This document shows positions 12,318 through 26,454 of a DNA stretch of 64,000 bases, piece after piece; position 1 is the first letter of the stretch, and the number at the start of each line of letters is the position of its first letter. Below the pieces are notes generated by a model. That model saw only the letters and a program-made list of their open reading frames with translations, was not told where the DNA came from and did not search any database. Location of the stretch: contig NIVC01002462.1 of assembly GCA_002269645.1 (NCBI GenBank), positions 62,001-126,000 on the forward strand. Reading direction: 5' to 3'. Made by a program: the position numbers and the translations under genes. The DNA comes from Macrostomum lignano (lineage: Eukaryota).

Positions 12318-15300
12318 GATGACCGCGGCAGGTATGTTGGAAAAATAATTGGAATGTTAAATTTTGAATTGGTAATCGTTTGCTTCACAATAATAGTAGC
12401 TTTTCGGGTTATAAAATCTTTTTCAAACTAGAAACAATAAGTCTTATAAAAATAATATTTCTTTGTGGTAAATTAATATTTTATATGTACAAGCAAAATG
12501 TTTAGGGTAATTTGTTTTAGTGATAAATCACGAAAAAATCGGATGTACTAGAAATGAATGTTTCCTATTTGCACTCAATCCGCTTGATATTCATAAATTG
12601 ATGTAAGTCGAGTTGTGTCTGTCTTAATGGTTTTTTAATTAGGCATAAGACTGCGCTACGTAGGATATAAAATTAGAATAGAATCCTAATTTTCTAAACT
12701 AAGCTTTTAAACGAAGAGGTTTTCGTTTTCAAAACGAATTTTCTAGGCTTTGTGAATATCAATAGTGCTATCAGAAAGGCATATCATATTAAAAGGAAAA
12801 ATATTTTGTCTGCATCTTATGAAGCGGAATAAAAATTTCTGTGCTGAAAAATGAAACCCTTTTATCTCTATATAATGTGCATGCGTTTTTAGGTAAAAAA
12901 ACATGTGTAGCTGCCTCTAGAATTTTCAAGAAACGTAGTTTCCCATCCTCCGAACTACTTTGAGTAGTCTTTTTGCATAGTGGATAAACTCAAGAAGTGC
13001 TCAAGTTGTCGTTGAATTGACTCAATGGCGATAAAAAATAGTTGAATATGATGGGTTTCGACCTTTCGGCCCCCTTGTGGGGAAGCCTTCGGGCCTCAGG
13101 TCTCAGAAATAAATCAATTAGAGTCCTGGCCCCCCACTCCTGTCAGATGGTCAGCCCCATGGTAGCTTGATCGTGTGGCGAGCAGTCTAGGTCCTAAGAG
13201 AGGGACAGCGAGAGACAAGGAGGGAGAATTTTGAAGGTAGAAATTAGTTAATCCGCAGACTAGCTAACTCGCTGCCACCAGCCCGTACGTCCTGGCTCAC
13301 CACACCGGGACTCTCGAAATCGGGCTTCCGACTAGAAGGGGCTTTGCACTTACCTGCCAACTAGTGTCTTTTTGCTGTCAATCTCGAAGTCATAGCCGAT
13401 GTTAAGGGACACTGCTGGGACTTGATCGCATTGGCCATGCAGGTACAGAGGGGACTTGTGCAGGGGATTCTTGCAGTGGCGGGACTATGGGGTAGCTACA
13501 TGTACTATTACATTGCTAAATACGAAGAATTGTACTTTTGGCCTTCAACGCGCCAACCAGCCTCTCCTAGCGCTGATGATAGGCTAACTCGAACATCAGA
13601 GACCGCATGATTCATTACCCGAGCCGCTTGGCGAACCTAGAGTGCACAGAGTACATCTCTGGCGCCGATTCTGCACTACTGGCTGATTTGCTCACTGATT
13701 TGATAGATTGATCGACTGAGAACTGCCTTGCCATTGGTCCACTGTGACCGGCGTCTACTAGCTTAGCTACTCATCTGAGCCATCGGCGAACAAATAAATA
13801 AAACCGATAAAAATAACTGTCAGATTTAACCTTCTCCTTAGATCACTTCACACTTCAGATTGAATTGGAGTTTTAGACTACTAGCAGTATTATTGAATGA
13901 CTTCTGCCTCGATTACAGCACTACTGAACAAAATGAGCAAAAGTGTGCGCCTAATCCAGCTACTGAAACAGGGGACAGATAAGGAATCACCCAATCAAGC
14001 AAGTCTAGGCAGCCTCTCACCCAACCAATCAGAAACTCAAAGCCGGAGACCAGGTAATCCACAGTGACCGAATCGGCTTAGTGCTTCGCAGCTGTAGGCC
14101 CGGGATGATACTGATGTCACAATCTTCGCTGATAGCTAGCAGGTGATGCTCTTCACTTTGATGTTCACTGCTGATGACCGGGGGGACTCGTCCTTGATGA
14201 TGATGGGGGAGGTCGCAATCCGGGGATCAAGAAACGACGGTCGCGCTCCGGGACGTCTCAATCTAGGCTAAGGTCCTAGGAGGAGTGGGGCGTGCTTGAT
14301 CCAAGCGGGCCAAAAACACCGGTTTAAAAAGCCGCCAACTGGACCGCAGTTTGTTATAATGGAACACGTCGATTCTGATTGGCTGAGCCGATTTGTTAAA
14401 ATGAGCGCCGAATTTTCTGATTGGCTAAGCTCGTTGCTACCCAGAATCACGTGACCGGGAGATCCTATCAGTTCCCACAGGGTCGTAAAAACATGACAGG
14501 TGCGGCCATAAATTAATCAAAATCGCAAAAAAATGATTTATGACTTTTCGCATAGGATTGACAGAAATTAATGAAAAAATATACATTAGAAAGCTCTCAT
14601 TAAATAGAAAGTGAAGATAATGAAGAGAAATCACAAATTGCTAATCCCAAAGTACTTTTAGGGGTAAAACGCATAGCTGTCAAAGCTGTCACACGCTTGA
14701 GTGAACACGAACAATAGGCCCTGACTTCATAAATCTTGATGGCCTGTCAAAATGATGAGAAAAAAGCTACCGCCCGCATCCTCTCAGACCATCTGGCGCC
14801 CGCCTCAACACTGAATGAGGCGCAGGTGGCTGTCAGACCACCTTCGAAAGCGATGATTTATGACTCAAAAAGCTGCGCCTATGTTATTATGACTACTAGT
14901 ATGACCAAAAATTATATCTAGTATAGATTCTATGACAATTCGCAGAAAAAGGATAAAAATGCCCATTGCCCACTGTTAGTAGGCTAGTAAGTTTAGAGCC
15001 CATGTGCTAGCGCGGGATTTGGAAAACAGTGCGTCCTTATCAAATACAGCTAGTGCACGTTATATAGATACATGTACATGTATATCAAGTGCTGAGAAAA
15101 TTTGGCTGTTAAAGCTGGGCTCTTTTACCGTTTTTAATGCTAGAAGTCCGCCGCTTCCAGCCTCATATTTTTATAATGGTACCAATTGTGCGTTCTAAAT
15201 GACAGTGCGCTCTGCAGGCCTAGATTTTGATTTCATGGTTAAAGGCTAAAGATGGTCAGCTTCTCTCTGCGAATAGTTTTTTTCGATTCCAATTATATAC

Positions 15301-16303
15301 TTTTTCTTTGCTTATTGTTTTGTTTATACGCTTCTTTTAAGGTCATTGATTCGAATCTGTAACATTTATGTTCGTGTTCAGTGACATATTATTGCAATGA
15401 CAGGTTTTTTTAGATCAGATGAAGCGGATTGCATGTAAATGTAAAGGACGCACTTAAATGCAGAGAGCCAAGCAAATTAATGCAAAACATCCGTTGGCAC
15501 AGAATTTATAGCCGTATAGTATGCATGCGCTGCGTGCAGTGTACCAGCTACACGTACTGCTGTCGAGCTCAAAACATTGGCAACTTTATTTTGCTAATAA
15601 AATTCAATGAAAATTGATCGACCGCTAAATTTTATATTTCTTTAATAGCTCTATACTTCTAAAAACACACTCACGAGGATGAGTGCCTGTCGGGGTAAGT
15701 CATTAGTTTATCGTGCTTTCGCGTGCTCAAGGACTACTCAAGTAACATATATACAGGACGCTACACTCGAAATCTATGGTAAATGTTTTGAAGGAAACTT
15801 TTCGCCGAAAAAGACACTGACAGAGATAGGAGGTTTTAATTTTTTCAGAACAAAAATTGTTATTGCTTTTGATAGGAGGCAGATCCAGTGTTCATATTTT
15901 GATATGTTGTGCCTTTCTTATTGCTCTATTGATATTCGTAAAGCTTTTTGTTCAGAAATAGTTTTAAAGGCAGGTTTCACCGGAAAAAATACACTACGGA
16001 TCGAGATAAAAAACTTCACGATTTTCAACATTAAAACAGTGATTGGGTCTCTTAACAGTGTCAGAGAAAGTTCTAATCACACTATTTTGTGCCTCACACT
16101 CACATGCTGCTCTAACGACGCATTAATCGATTTTTCATGTTAAATTGGTCTTGTCACTATTTTAAACGTTTTTTTCAAGTGACAGACCAACTCATGAAAA
16201 ATCAAACGGAACTCGTATGGTCCAACTTTTATGCATGATCGTTGATAAGGAAATGTTAGAGAAAAAACTCCTTTGAAAATAATCGTTTAGCATTGATGAA
16301 TAC

Positions 16304-17410
<1,107 letters not shown>

Positions 17411-17486
17411 TTCATAAGGCAGTTTGAAACTGCAAACCACGCACTCGGAAGATATTGAAGGTTACCAGTTGTCGAATGTTCGAAAA

Positions 17487-17527
17487 AAACCGATATTTCG
17501 GCCCAGACTGGGCCTTCGTCAGGGTTT
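17487..17527 (-). ncRNA. Minimal type I hammerhead ribozyme, copy 1
   Basis: Minus strand AAACC-CTGACGA-A-GGCCCA(GTC)TGGGCC-GAAA-T-ATC/GGTTT. Stem I AAACC:GGTTT, core CUGANGA, stem II of 6 bp, GAAA, loopless palindromic stem III (ATAT). Predicted AUC cleavage 3' of the C at position 17492. Confidence 0.85.
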
Positions 17528-18852
17528 ATTTATTCGGGTTTAAAAACAAATATATTGGCAGTGAAGTTATTGTAACATAATTTCAATATATATATATGCT
17601 ACTTTTGGGGGTGCACTGAGCAGTGTTGAGTAAAGATGTGTACGTATAATTAGTTAAAAACGTGAGTTGAAGCACGCTGATTGGTTAAAGATTGGCAGCT
17701 TAAAGCCTTGCACAAAAAATATTAAAGATGTTAGGTGCTATAGAAAAACAGATTTAGAGCGTAGAAGTGTATGAATAAGCATCTTGAAAAGTTCAACAAA
17801 TAAGTTATTTACGCCCGTAGAATTGAGAACAAATATTAAATTAAAACAGAGCACTGAGAACTTTTCAAAAAGAAGTGCAAGTAAATAGATGTTATTACAT
17901 AAACAGTAAATAAATTGAGTCGCCAGGCAGGCCACTAGTTGCAGTTGGCGGCGTCTGGTCACAGATCGCCGCCTGCACAGCCCCTGGTCACAGGCGACTG
18001 GGCACTGCAGATCAGTTGAGGCTAGATTATCAGTAGTAGTAGCACTAGTAGTTGCAGTAGTAGCTCGTAGTAGTAGTAATGGAAGTAGTAGTAGTACAAG
18101 TATTAGTAGAGTAGTAGTAGAGCAGTCGTAGGCGTAGTCGTAGTAGAGACGTACTGGTAAGCAGTTATTTGAAGTAGCCAGGCAGGCCACTAGTCGCAGT
18201 TGGCGGCGTCTGGTCACAGATCGCCGCCTGCACAGCCCCTGGTCACAGGCGACTGGGCACTGCAGATCAGTTGAGGCTAGATTATCAGTAGTAGTAGCAC
18301 TAGTAGTTGCAGTAGTAGCTCGTAGTAGTAGTAATGGAAGTAGTAGTAGTACAAGTATTAGTAGAGTAGTAGTAGAGCAGTCGTAGGCGTAGTCGTAGTA
18401 GAGACGTACTGGTAAGCAGTTATTTGAAGTAGCCAGGCAGGCCACTAGTCGCAGTTGGCGGCGTCTGGTCACAGATCGCCGCCTGCACAGCCCCTGGTCA
18501 CAGGCGACTGGGCACTGCGGATCAGTTGAAGCTAGATTTTCAGTAGTAGTAGCACTAGTAGTTGCAGTAGTAGTAGTAGTGGTAGTAGAGTAGTAGTAGT
18601 ACAGTCGTAGTCGTAGCCGTAGTCGTAGTAGTGTCGTGCGTCTTAAATATTCAGCTGCAGAAATAGTACTCTTGCTTATCCCAAGTAGATTTTTGGCGGA
18701 GAATAGCTCGTATACGAAGATATTTTGTTGACAAACATGGCGAGCCTCAATAATAGTCCGGTCCTGGGTACAGATATTCATAAGGCAGTTTGAAACTGCA
18801 AACCACGCACTCGGAAGATATTGAAGGTTACCAGTTGTCGAATGTTCGAAAA

Positions 18853-18893
18853 AAACCGATATTTCGGCCCAGACTGGGCCTTCGTCAGGGTTT
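18853..18893 (-). ncRNA. Minimal type I hammerhead ribozyme, copy 2
   Basis: Identical to copy 1; predicted cleavage after 18858. Confidence 0.85.
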
Positions 18894-20473
18894 ATTTATT
18901 CGGGTTTAAAAACAAATATATTGGCAGTGAAGTTATTGTAACATAATTTCAATATATATATATGCTACTTTTGGGGGTGCACTGAGCAGTGTTGAGTAAA
19001 GATGTGTACGTATAATTAGTTAAAAACGTGAGTTGAAGCACGCTGATTGGTTAAAGATTGGCAGCTTAAAGCCTTGCACAAAAAATATTAAAGATGTTAG
19101 GTGCTATAGAAAAACAGATTTAGAGCGTAGAAGTGTATGAATAAGCATCTTGAAAAGTTCAACAAATAAGTTATTTACGCCCGTAGAATTGAGAACAAAT
19201 ATTAAATTAAAACAGAGCACTGAGAACTTTTCAAAAAGAAGTGCAAGTAAATAGATGTTATTACATAAACAGTAAATAAATTGAGTCGCCAGGCAGGCCA
19301 CTAGTTGCAGTTGGCGGCGTCTGGTCACAGATCGCCGCCTGCACAGCCCCTGGTCACAGGCGACTGGGCACTGCAGATCAGTTGAGGCTAGATTATCAGT
19401 AGTAGTAGCACTAGTAGTTGCAGTAGTAGCTCGTAGTAGTAGTAATGGAAGTAGTAGTAGTACAAGTATTAGTAGAGTAGTAGTAGAGCAGTCGTAGGCG
19501 TAGTCGTAGTAGAGACGTACTGGTAAGCAGTTATTTGAAGTAGCCAGGCAGGCCACTAGTCGCAGTTGGCGGCGTCTGGTCACAGATCGCCGCCTGCACA
19601 GCCCCTGGTCACAGGCGACTGGGCACTGCAGATCAGTTGAGGCTAGATTATCAGTAGTAGTAGCACTAGTAGTTGCAGTAGTAGCTCGTAGTAGTAGTAA
19701 TGGAAGTAGTAGTAGTACAAGTATTAGTAGAGTAGTAGTAGAGCAGTCGTAGGCGTAGTCGTAGTAGAGACGTACTGGTAAGCAGTTATTTGAAGTAGCC
19801 AGGCAGGCCACTAGTCGCAGTTGGCGGCGTCTGGTCACAGATCGCCGCCTGCACAGCCCCTGGTCACAGGCGACTGGGCACTGCAGATCAGTTGAGGCTA
19901 GATTATCAGTAGTAGTAGCACTAGTAGTTGCAGTAGTAGCTCGTAGTAGTAGTAATGGAAGTAGTAGTAGTACAAGTATTAGTAGAGTAGTAGTAGAGCA
20001 GTCGTAGGCGTAGTCGTAGTAGAGACGTACTGGTAAGCAGTTATTTGAAGTAGCCAGGCAGGCCACTAGTCGCAGTTGGCGGCGTCTGGTCACAGATCGC
20101 CGCCTGCACAGCCCCTGGTCACAGGCGACTGGGCACTGCGGATCAGTTGAAGCTAGATTTTCAGTAGTAGTAGCACTAGTAGTTGCAGTAGTAGTAGTAG
20201 TGGTAGTAGAGTAGTAGTAGTACAGTCGTAGTCGTAGCCGTAGTCGTAGTAGTGTCGTGCGTCTTAAATATTCAGCTGCAGAAATAGTACTCTTGCTTAT
20301 CCCAAGTAGATTTTTGGCGGAGAATAGCTCGTATACGAAGATATTTTGTTGACAAACATGGCGAGCCTCAATAATAGTCCGGTCCTGGGTACAGATATTC
20401 ATAAGGCAGTTTGAAACTGCAAACCACGCACTCGGAAGATATTGAAGGTTACCAGTTGTCGAATGTTCGAAAA

Positions 20474-20514
20474 AAACCGATATTTCGGCCCAGACTGGGC
20501 CTTCGTCAGGGTTT
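20474..20514 (-). ncRNA. Minimal type I hammerhead ribozyme, copy 3
   Basis: Identical to copy 1; predicted cleavage after 20479. Confidence 0.85.
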
Positions 20515-22093
20515 ATTTATTCGGGTTTAAAAACAAATATATTGGCAGTGAGTTATTGTAACATAATTTCAATATATATATATGCTACTTTTGGGGGTGC
20601 ACTGAGCAGTGTTGAGTAAAGATGTGTACGTATAATTAGTTAAAAACGTGAGTTGAAGCACGCTGATTGGTTAAAGATTGGCAGCTTAAAGCCTTGCACA
20701 AAAAATATTAAAGATGTTAGGTGCTATAGAAAAACAGATTTAGAGCGTAGAAGTGTATGAATAAGCATCTTGAAAAGTTCAACAAATAAGTTATTTACGC
20801 CCGTAGAATTGAGAACAAATATTAAATTAAAACAGAGCACTGAGAACTTTTCAAAAAGAAGTGCAAGTAAATAGATGTTATTACATAAACAGTAAATAAA
20901 TTGAGTCGCCAGGCAGGCCACTAGTTGCAGTTGGCGGCGTCTGGTCACAGATCGCCGCCTGCACAGCCCCTGGTCACAGGCGACTGGGCACTGCAGATCA
21001 GTTGAGGCTAGATTATCAGTAGTAGTAGCACTAGTAGTTGCAGTAGTAGCTCGTAGTAGTAGTAATGGAAGTAGTAGTAGTACAAGTATTAGTAGAGTAG
21101 TAGTAGAGCAGTCGTAGGCGTAGTCGTAGTAGAGACGTACTGGTAAGCAGTTATTTGAAGTAGCCAGGCAGGCCACTAGTCGCAGTTGGCGGCGTCTGGT
21201 CACAGATCGCCGCCTGCACAGCCCCTGGTCACAGGCGACTGGGCACTGCAGATCAGTTGAGGCTAGATTATCAGTAGTAGTAGCACTAGTAGTTGCAGTA
21301 GTAGCTCGTAGTAGTAGTAATGGAAGTAGTAGTAGTACAAGTATTAGTAGAGTAGTAGTAGAGCAGTCGTAGGCGTAGTCGTAGTAGAGACGTACTGGTA
21401 AGCAGTTATTTGAAGTAGCCAGGCAGGCCACTAGTCGCAGTTGGCGGCGTCTGGTCACAGATCGCCGCCTGCACAGCCCCTGGTCACAGGCGACTGGGCA
21501 CTGCAGATCAGTTGAGGCTAGATTATCAGTAGTAGTAGCACTAGTAGTTGCAGTAGTAGCTCGTAGTAGTAGTAATGGAAGTAGTAGTAGTACAAGTATT
21601 AGTAGAGTAGTAGTAGAGCAGTCGTAGGCGTAGTCGTAGTAGAGACGTACTGGTAAGCAGTTATTTGAAGTAGCCAGGCAGGCCACTAGTCGCAGTTGGC
21701 GGCGTCTGGTCACAGATCGCCGCCTGCACAGCCCCTGGTCACAGGCGACTGGGCACTGCGGATCAGTTGAAGCTAGATTTTCAGTAGTAGTAGCACTAGT
21801 AGTTGCAGTAGTAGTAGTAGTGGTAGTAGAGTAGTAGTAGTACAGTCGTAGTCGTAGCCGTAGTCGTAGTAGTGTCGTGCGTCTTAAATATTCAGCTGCA
21901 GAAATAGTACTCTTGCTTATCCCAAGTAGATTTTTGGCGGAGAATAGCTCGTATACGAAGATATTTTGTTGACAAACATGGCGAGCCTCAATAATAGTCC
22001 GGTCCTGGGTACAGATATTCATAAGGCAGTTTGAAACTGCAAACCACGCACTCGGAAGATATTGAAGGTTACCAGTTGTCGAATGTTCGAAAA

Positions 22094-22134
22094 AAACCGA
22101 TATTTCGGCCCAGACTGGGCCTTCGTCAGGGTTT
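22094..22134 (-). ncRNA. Minimal type I hammerhead ribozyme, copy 4
   Basis: Identical to copy 1; predicted cleavage after 22099. Confidence 0.85.
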
Positions 22135-23187
22135 ATTTATTCGGGTTTAAAAACAAATATATTGGCAGTGAAGTTATTGTAACATAATTTCAATATATAT
22201 ATATGCTACTTTTGGGGGTGCACTGAGCAGTGTTGAGTAAAGATGTGTACGTATAATTAGTTAAAAACGTGAGTTGAAGCACGCTGATTGGTTAAAGATT
22301 GGCAGCTTAAAGCCTTGCACAAAAAATATTAAAGATGTTAGGTGCTATAGAAAAACAGATTTAGAGCGTAGAAGTGTATGAATAAGCATCTTGAAAAGTT
22401 CAACAAATAAGTTATTTACGCCCGTAGAATTGAGAACAAATATTAAATTAAAACAGAGCACTGAGAACTTTTCAAAAAGAAGTGCAAGTAAATAGATGTT
22501 ATTACATAAACAGTAAATAAATTGAGTCGCCAGGCAGGCCACTAGTTGCAGTTGGCGGCGTCTGGTCACAGATCGCCGCCTGCACAGCCCCTGGTCACAG
22601 GCGACTGGGCACTGCAGATCAGTTGAGGCTAGATTATCAGTAGTAGTAGCACTAGTAGTTGCAGTAGTAGCTCGTAGTAGTAGTAATGGAAGTAGTAGTA
22701 GTACAAGTATTAGTAGAGTAGTAGTAGAGCAGTCGTAGGCGTAGTCGTAGTAGAGACGTACTGGTAAGCAGTTATTTGAAGTAGCCAGGCAGGCCACTAG
22801 TCGCAGTTGGCGGCGTCTGGTCACAGATCGCCGCCTGCACAGCCCCTGGTCACAGGCGACTGGGCACTGCAGATCAGTTGAGGCTAGATTATCAGTAGTA
22901 GTAGCACTAGTAGTTGCAGTAGTAGCTCGTAGTAGTAGTAATGGAAGTAGTAGTAGTACAAGTATTAGTAGAGTAGTAGTAGAGCAGTCGTAGGCGTAGT
23001 CGTAGTAGAGACGTACTGGTAAGCAGTTATTTGAAGTAGCCAGGCAGGCCACTAGTCGCAGTTGGCGGCGTCTGGTCACAGATCGCCGCCTGCACAGCCC
23101 CTGGTCACAGGCGACTGGGCACTGCAGATCAGTTGAGGCTAGATTATCAGTAGTAGTAGCACTAGTAGTTGCAGTAGTAGCTCGTAG

Positions 23188-23760
<573 letters not shown>

Positions 23761-23873
23761 CTATCGCCGCTTTAGTTGTTTTTCATTATTCCGGCTTTCT
23801 TTTAGCAGCAGGTGAACCAAAGTTGCTCTTGAAACGGGTTTCCTTCCCTTTGGCTTCCCACTTTACCACTTAC

Positions 23874-24364
23874 GCGAGTTTGATGCAGAGATGCTGGAGA
23901 ATCAGTTCTCTGCTTTGGAGGCGGCCCATGTATTTGGTTTGTTACGGCTTGCTTGTAGAGCTTTAGCGTAGGAGTTGCATTCCAAGCAAGTCGACTGTGA
24001 GCCTCGTGACGATTTTTCGGACACATGTACATGTGGTCCTCCAAGTGCTGACTGCATACAACAGCATTCGCCCATTTGTGCTCGAACTTCTTGCCTATAA
24101 GGTCAGCTCGGAATATCCGGCGAGCCCAATCTTCACACCTGTAATGTTAATTGTATCAGTCGCAGTTGCTAAACGTAGATAAAGGTACGAAAGGTACGAA
24201 AGCTTCTTCAGAGAGAATGACGAAGTTGGTCATTTCGCAATCTGCAGCTCACCCCGATCACGGTCTGATGGAAACCTGTGGAATCGTGTTCCAGGTGGAC
24301 ATTCAAAAGCGTAGTTTGGGCAGTCGTAGGCTGCGCACTGTGTCCGTGATTTTGCAGATGGCAT
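23874..24364 (-). CDS. THAP zinc-finger (C2CH) domain protein or P-element-family transposase N-terminus; possibly frameshifted
   Basis: Exon 1 24364-24253 encodes MPSAKSRTQCAAYDCPNYAFECPPGTRFHRFPSDRDR (donor GTGAG). Exon 2 24138-23874 encodes CEDWARRIFRADLIGKKFEHKWANAVVCSQHLEDHMY...RLAWNATPTLKL, with candidate donor GTAAGT at 23873 (otherwise stop at 23802). THAP signature C-x4-C...FP...W...CSxH...PT is present. The canonical splice is out of phase by 1 nt at a G4 run. Confidence 0.75.
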
Positions 24365-25210
24365 AAAGCAATTGGCTTCTCTGCATTTTGCTTAGCAAAG
24401 ATTCTTCTTCCTCTCTTAAAACTCAAAACCACGCAGTGCATTCTGTGTACGTTCTGCGGTCAGCTCGATTTCCCAGTCTATTTTCCTTTCCCTTGTCATC
24501 CCCACCATCAGGACATTCTGATTGGCTGCTGAGTGCCTCTTATACCCAAACCGTTTTCGTCAGAATGCAACTCGCGATCGTTTTGATATGCTCGACGCAA
24601 ATGCAAATTCCTGTCTTGACATTTTTCCCATAAACAACTAGAGAATAACGAGCAGTCCTGAGTCCTTATAGTATATTACTTGATTTGCTTTCTTGGTGTC
24701 AAGCCTCAGGAATATAATTTAAAAGGAATCAGGTGAGACCATTTTTAAACTGAAATAAAGCCACGCTTGTTTAGACCGAGTTGCCATAGCGACGTGATGC
24801 GCTGTGGACGAGCACCAGCTGTCGTTGAACAAAATAAATAATTTTGCATGACTATAATCAGAGGCGATTTCCATTTATTATTCTCCATACCGACTTAGAA
24901 CAGTAAGCTTTTTTGGAGAGTAAAACGTAAAACTTTATTTTATACAAATTAGGCCTTACTGAATAAAGTGAGCAAAGACATATTAGAATTCCAAACACGC
25001 TGCCGAGTTGCAAATTAGAAAATTTCAAGATAATATTCTATCGCTCTCAGCTTCCTGCAGTTTTTTAGCCTCGATTTGGGGAGGGGCCAATTTCAAGATC
25101 CCTGGAGACCGAAGAGGGTCCAGACTCTAAGATTTTATAAGGCCTAGTAGGCAATTAAACAGTTGGAAATAATTGCTTTTTTGAAGCCGGAAAACGCAGA
25201 AAAAATTCTG

Positions 25211-25715
25211 GTTGACCGAGGCGGATTGTTTATTGACTGAGGCGGATTGTTTATTGACTGAGGCGGATTGTTTATTGACTGAGGCGGATTGTTTATTGAC
25301 TGAGGCGGATTGTTTATTGACTGAGGCGGATTGTTTATTGACTGAGGCGGATTGTTTATTGACTGAGGCGGATTGTTTATTGACTGAGGCGGATTGTTTA
25401 TTGACTGAGGCGGATTGTTTATTGACTGAGGCGGATTGTTTATTGACTGAGGCGGATTGTTTATTGACTGAGGCGGATTGTTTATTGACTGAGGCGGATT
25501 GTTTATTGACTGAGGCGGATTGTTTATTGACTGAGGCGGATTGTTTATTGACTGAGGCGGATTGTTTATTGACTGAGGTTCACTATTTATTGACCGAGGC
25601 GGATTGTTTATTGACTGAGGTTCACTATTTATTGACCGAGGCGGATTGTTTATTGACTGAGGCGGATTGTTTATTGACTGAGGTTCATTGTTTATTGACC
25701 GAGACGGATTGTTTA
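25211..25715. repeat. 21-bp minisatellite (TTGACTGAGGCGGATTGTTTA)n
   Basis: Direct periodicity; source of the TEADCLL ORF. Confidence 0.97.
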
Positions 25716-26253
25716 CCGGTATTGACCGAGCCCAGAAAATTTAGCTAAATCGCTTCTTAAACGAGTTTTCTTCTAATTTGATGCAGAATAAGGCAGCTCA
25801 AGTATCTGAATTTGGTGCAAATCCCATTTGTAGCATGCTGCTTCCGGGCTGCAGTGCCAAATGGTTAATTAAGCAACTTTTTGAGGCGGCCATGTGGGAA
25901 CTGGAAGGGTTCCTTGATTCCCCCTGGGAGACTGGGGGGAGGTTAATGAATAAAAGGTATTTTTCACGAAATTTGAGTCCTTTAACTACACGGGGCGCTT
26001 GGGTCTGATTGGATTGGCATCTTTTCAAGTGTGAAATCCGATTTTGTAGGGCTGATGGCTTAGGGAAGGGGGCGGAAAATCTTGTAAGTAATGGAGCTAG
26101 CTATGCTAAGTTTTAAGGCATTGTATAGGCAGGTAGATAGGTAGGCAAGTTGTTAAGTTGATAGGTGAGTAGGTAGATAGAAGGTAGCTGAGCTAAACAA
26201 TAAGCCCATTCTCTATCATTGAAGCGAAGTCAGTGATCAGAAGACCTCAGAAT

Positions 26254-26268
26254 ATCAACAACAACAAC

Positions 26269-26349
<81 letters not shown>

Positions 26350-26411
26350 TCAATGACAATGACAACCACAAGAACAGCAACAACCACATCATTATCATCA
26401 ACAACAACAAC

Positions 26412-26447
<36 letters not shown>

Positions 26448-26454
26448 GCAACAA
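26254..26454. repeat. (CAA)n-rich microsatellite
   Basis: Direct inspection. Confidence 0.95.

Noticed and set aside
14165-14245. CTGATGA...GAAACGACGGTC hammerhead-like words
   Set aside because: No stem II closing pair or stem I complementarity could be built.
17738-22022. Interpreting the array ORF as an autonomous Penelope RT or endonuclease, or as a host gene
   Set aside because: No RT (YxDD) or GIY-YIG motifs, and the composition is dominated by low-complexity CTA/ACT codons.
25211-25715. CRISPR-like appearance of regular repeats here and at 53480 and 59428
   Set aside because: Units are directly adjacent with no unique spacers, there are no cas genes, and the context is eukaryotic.
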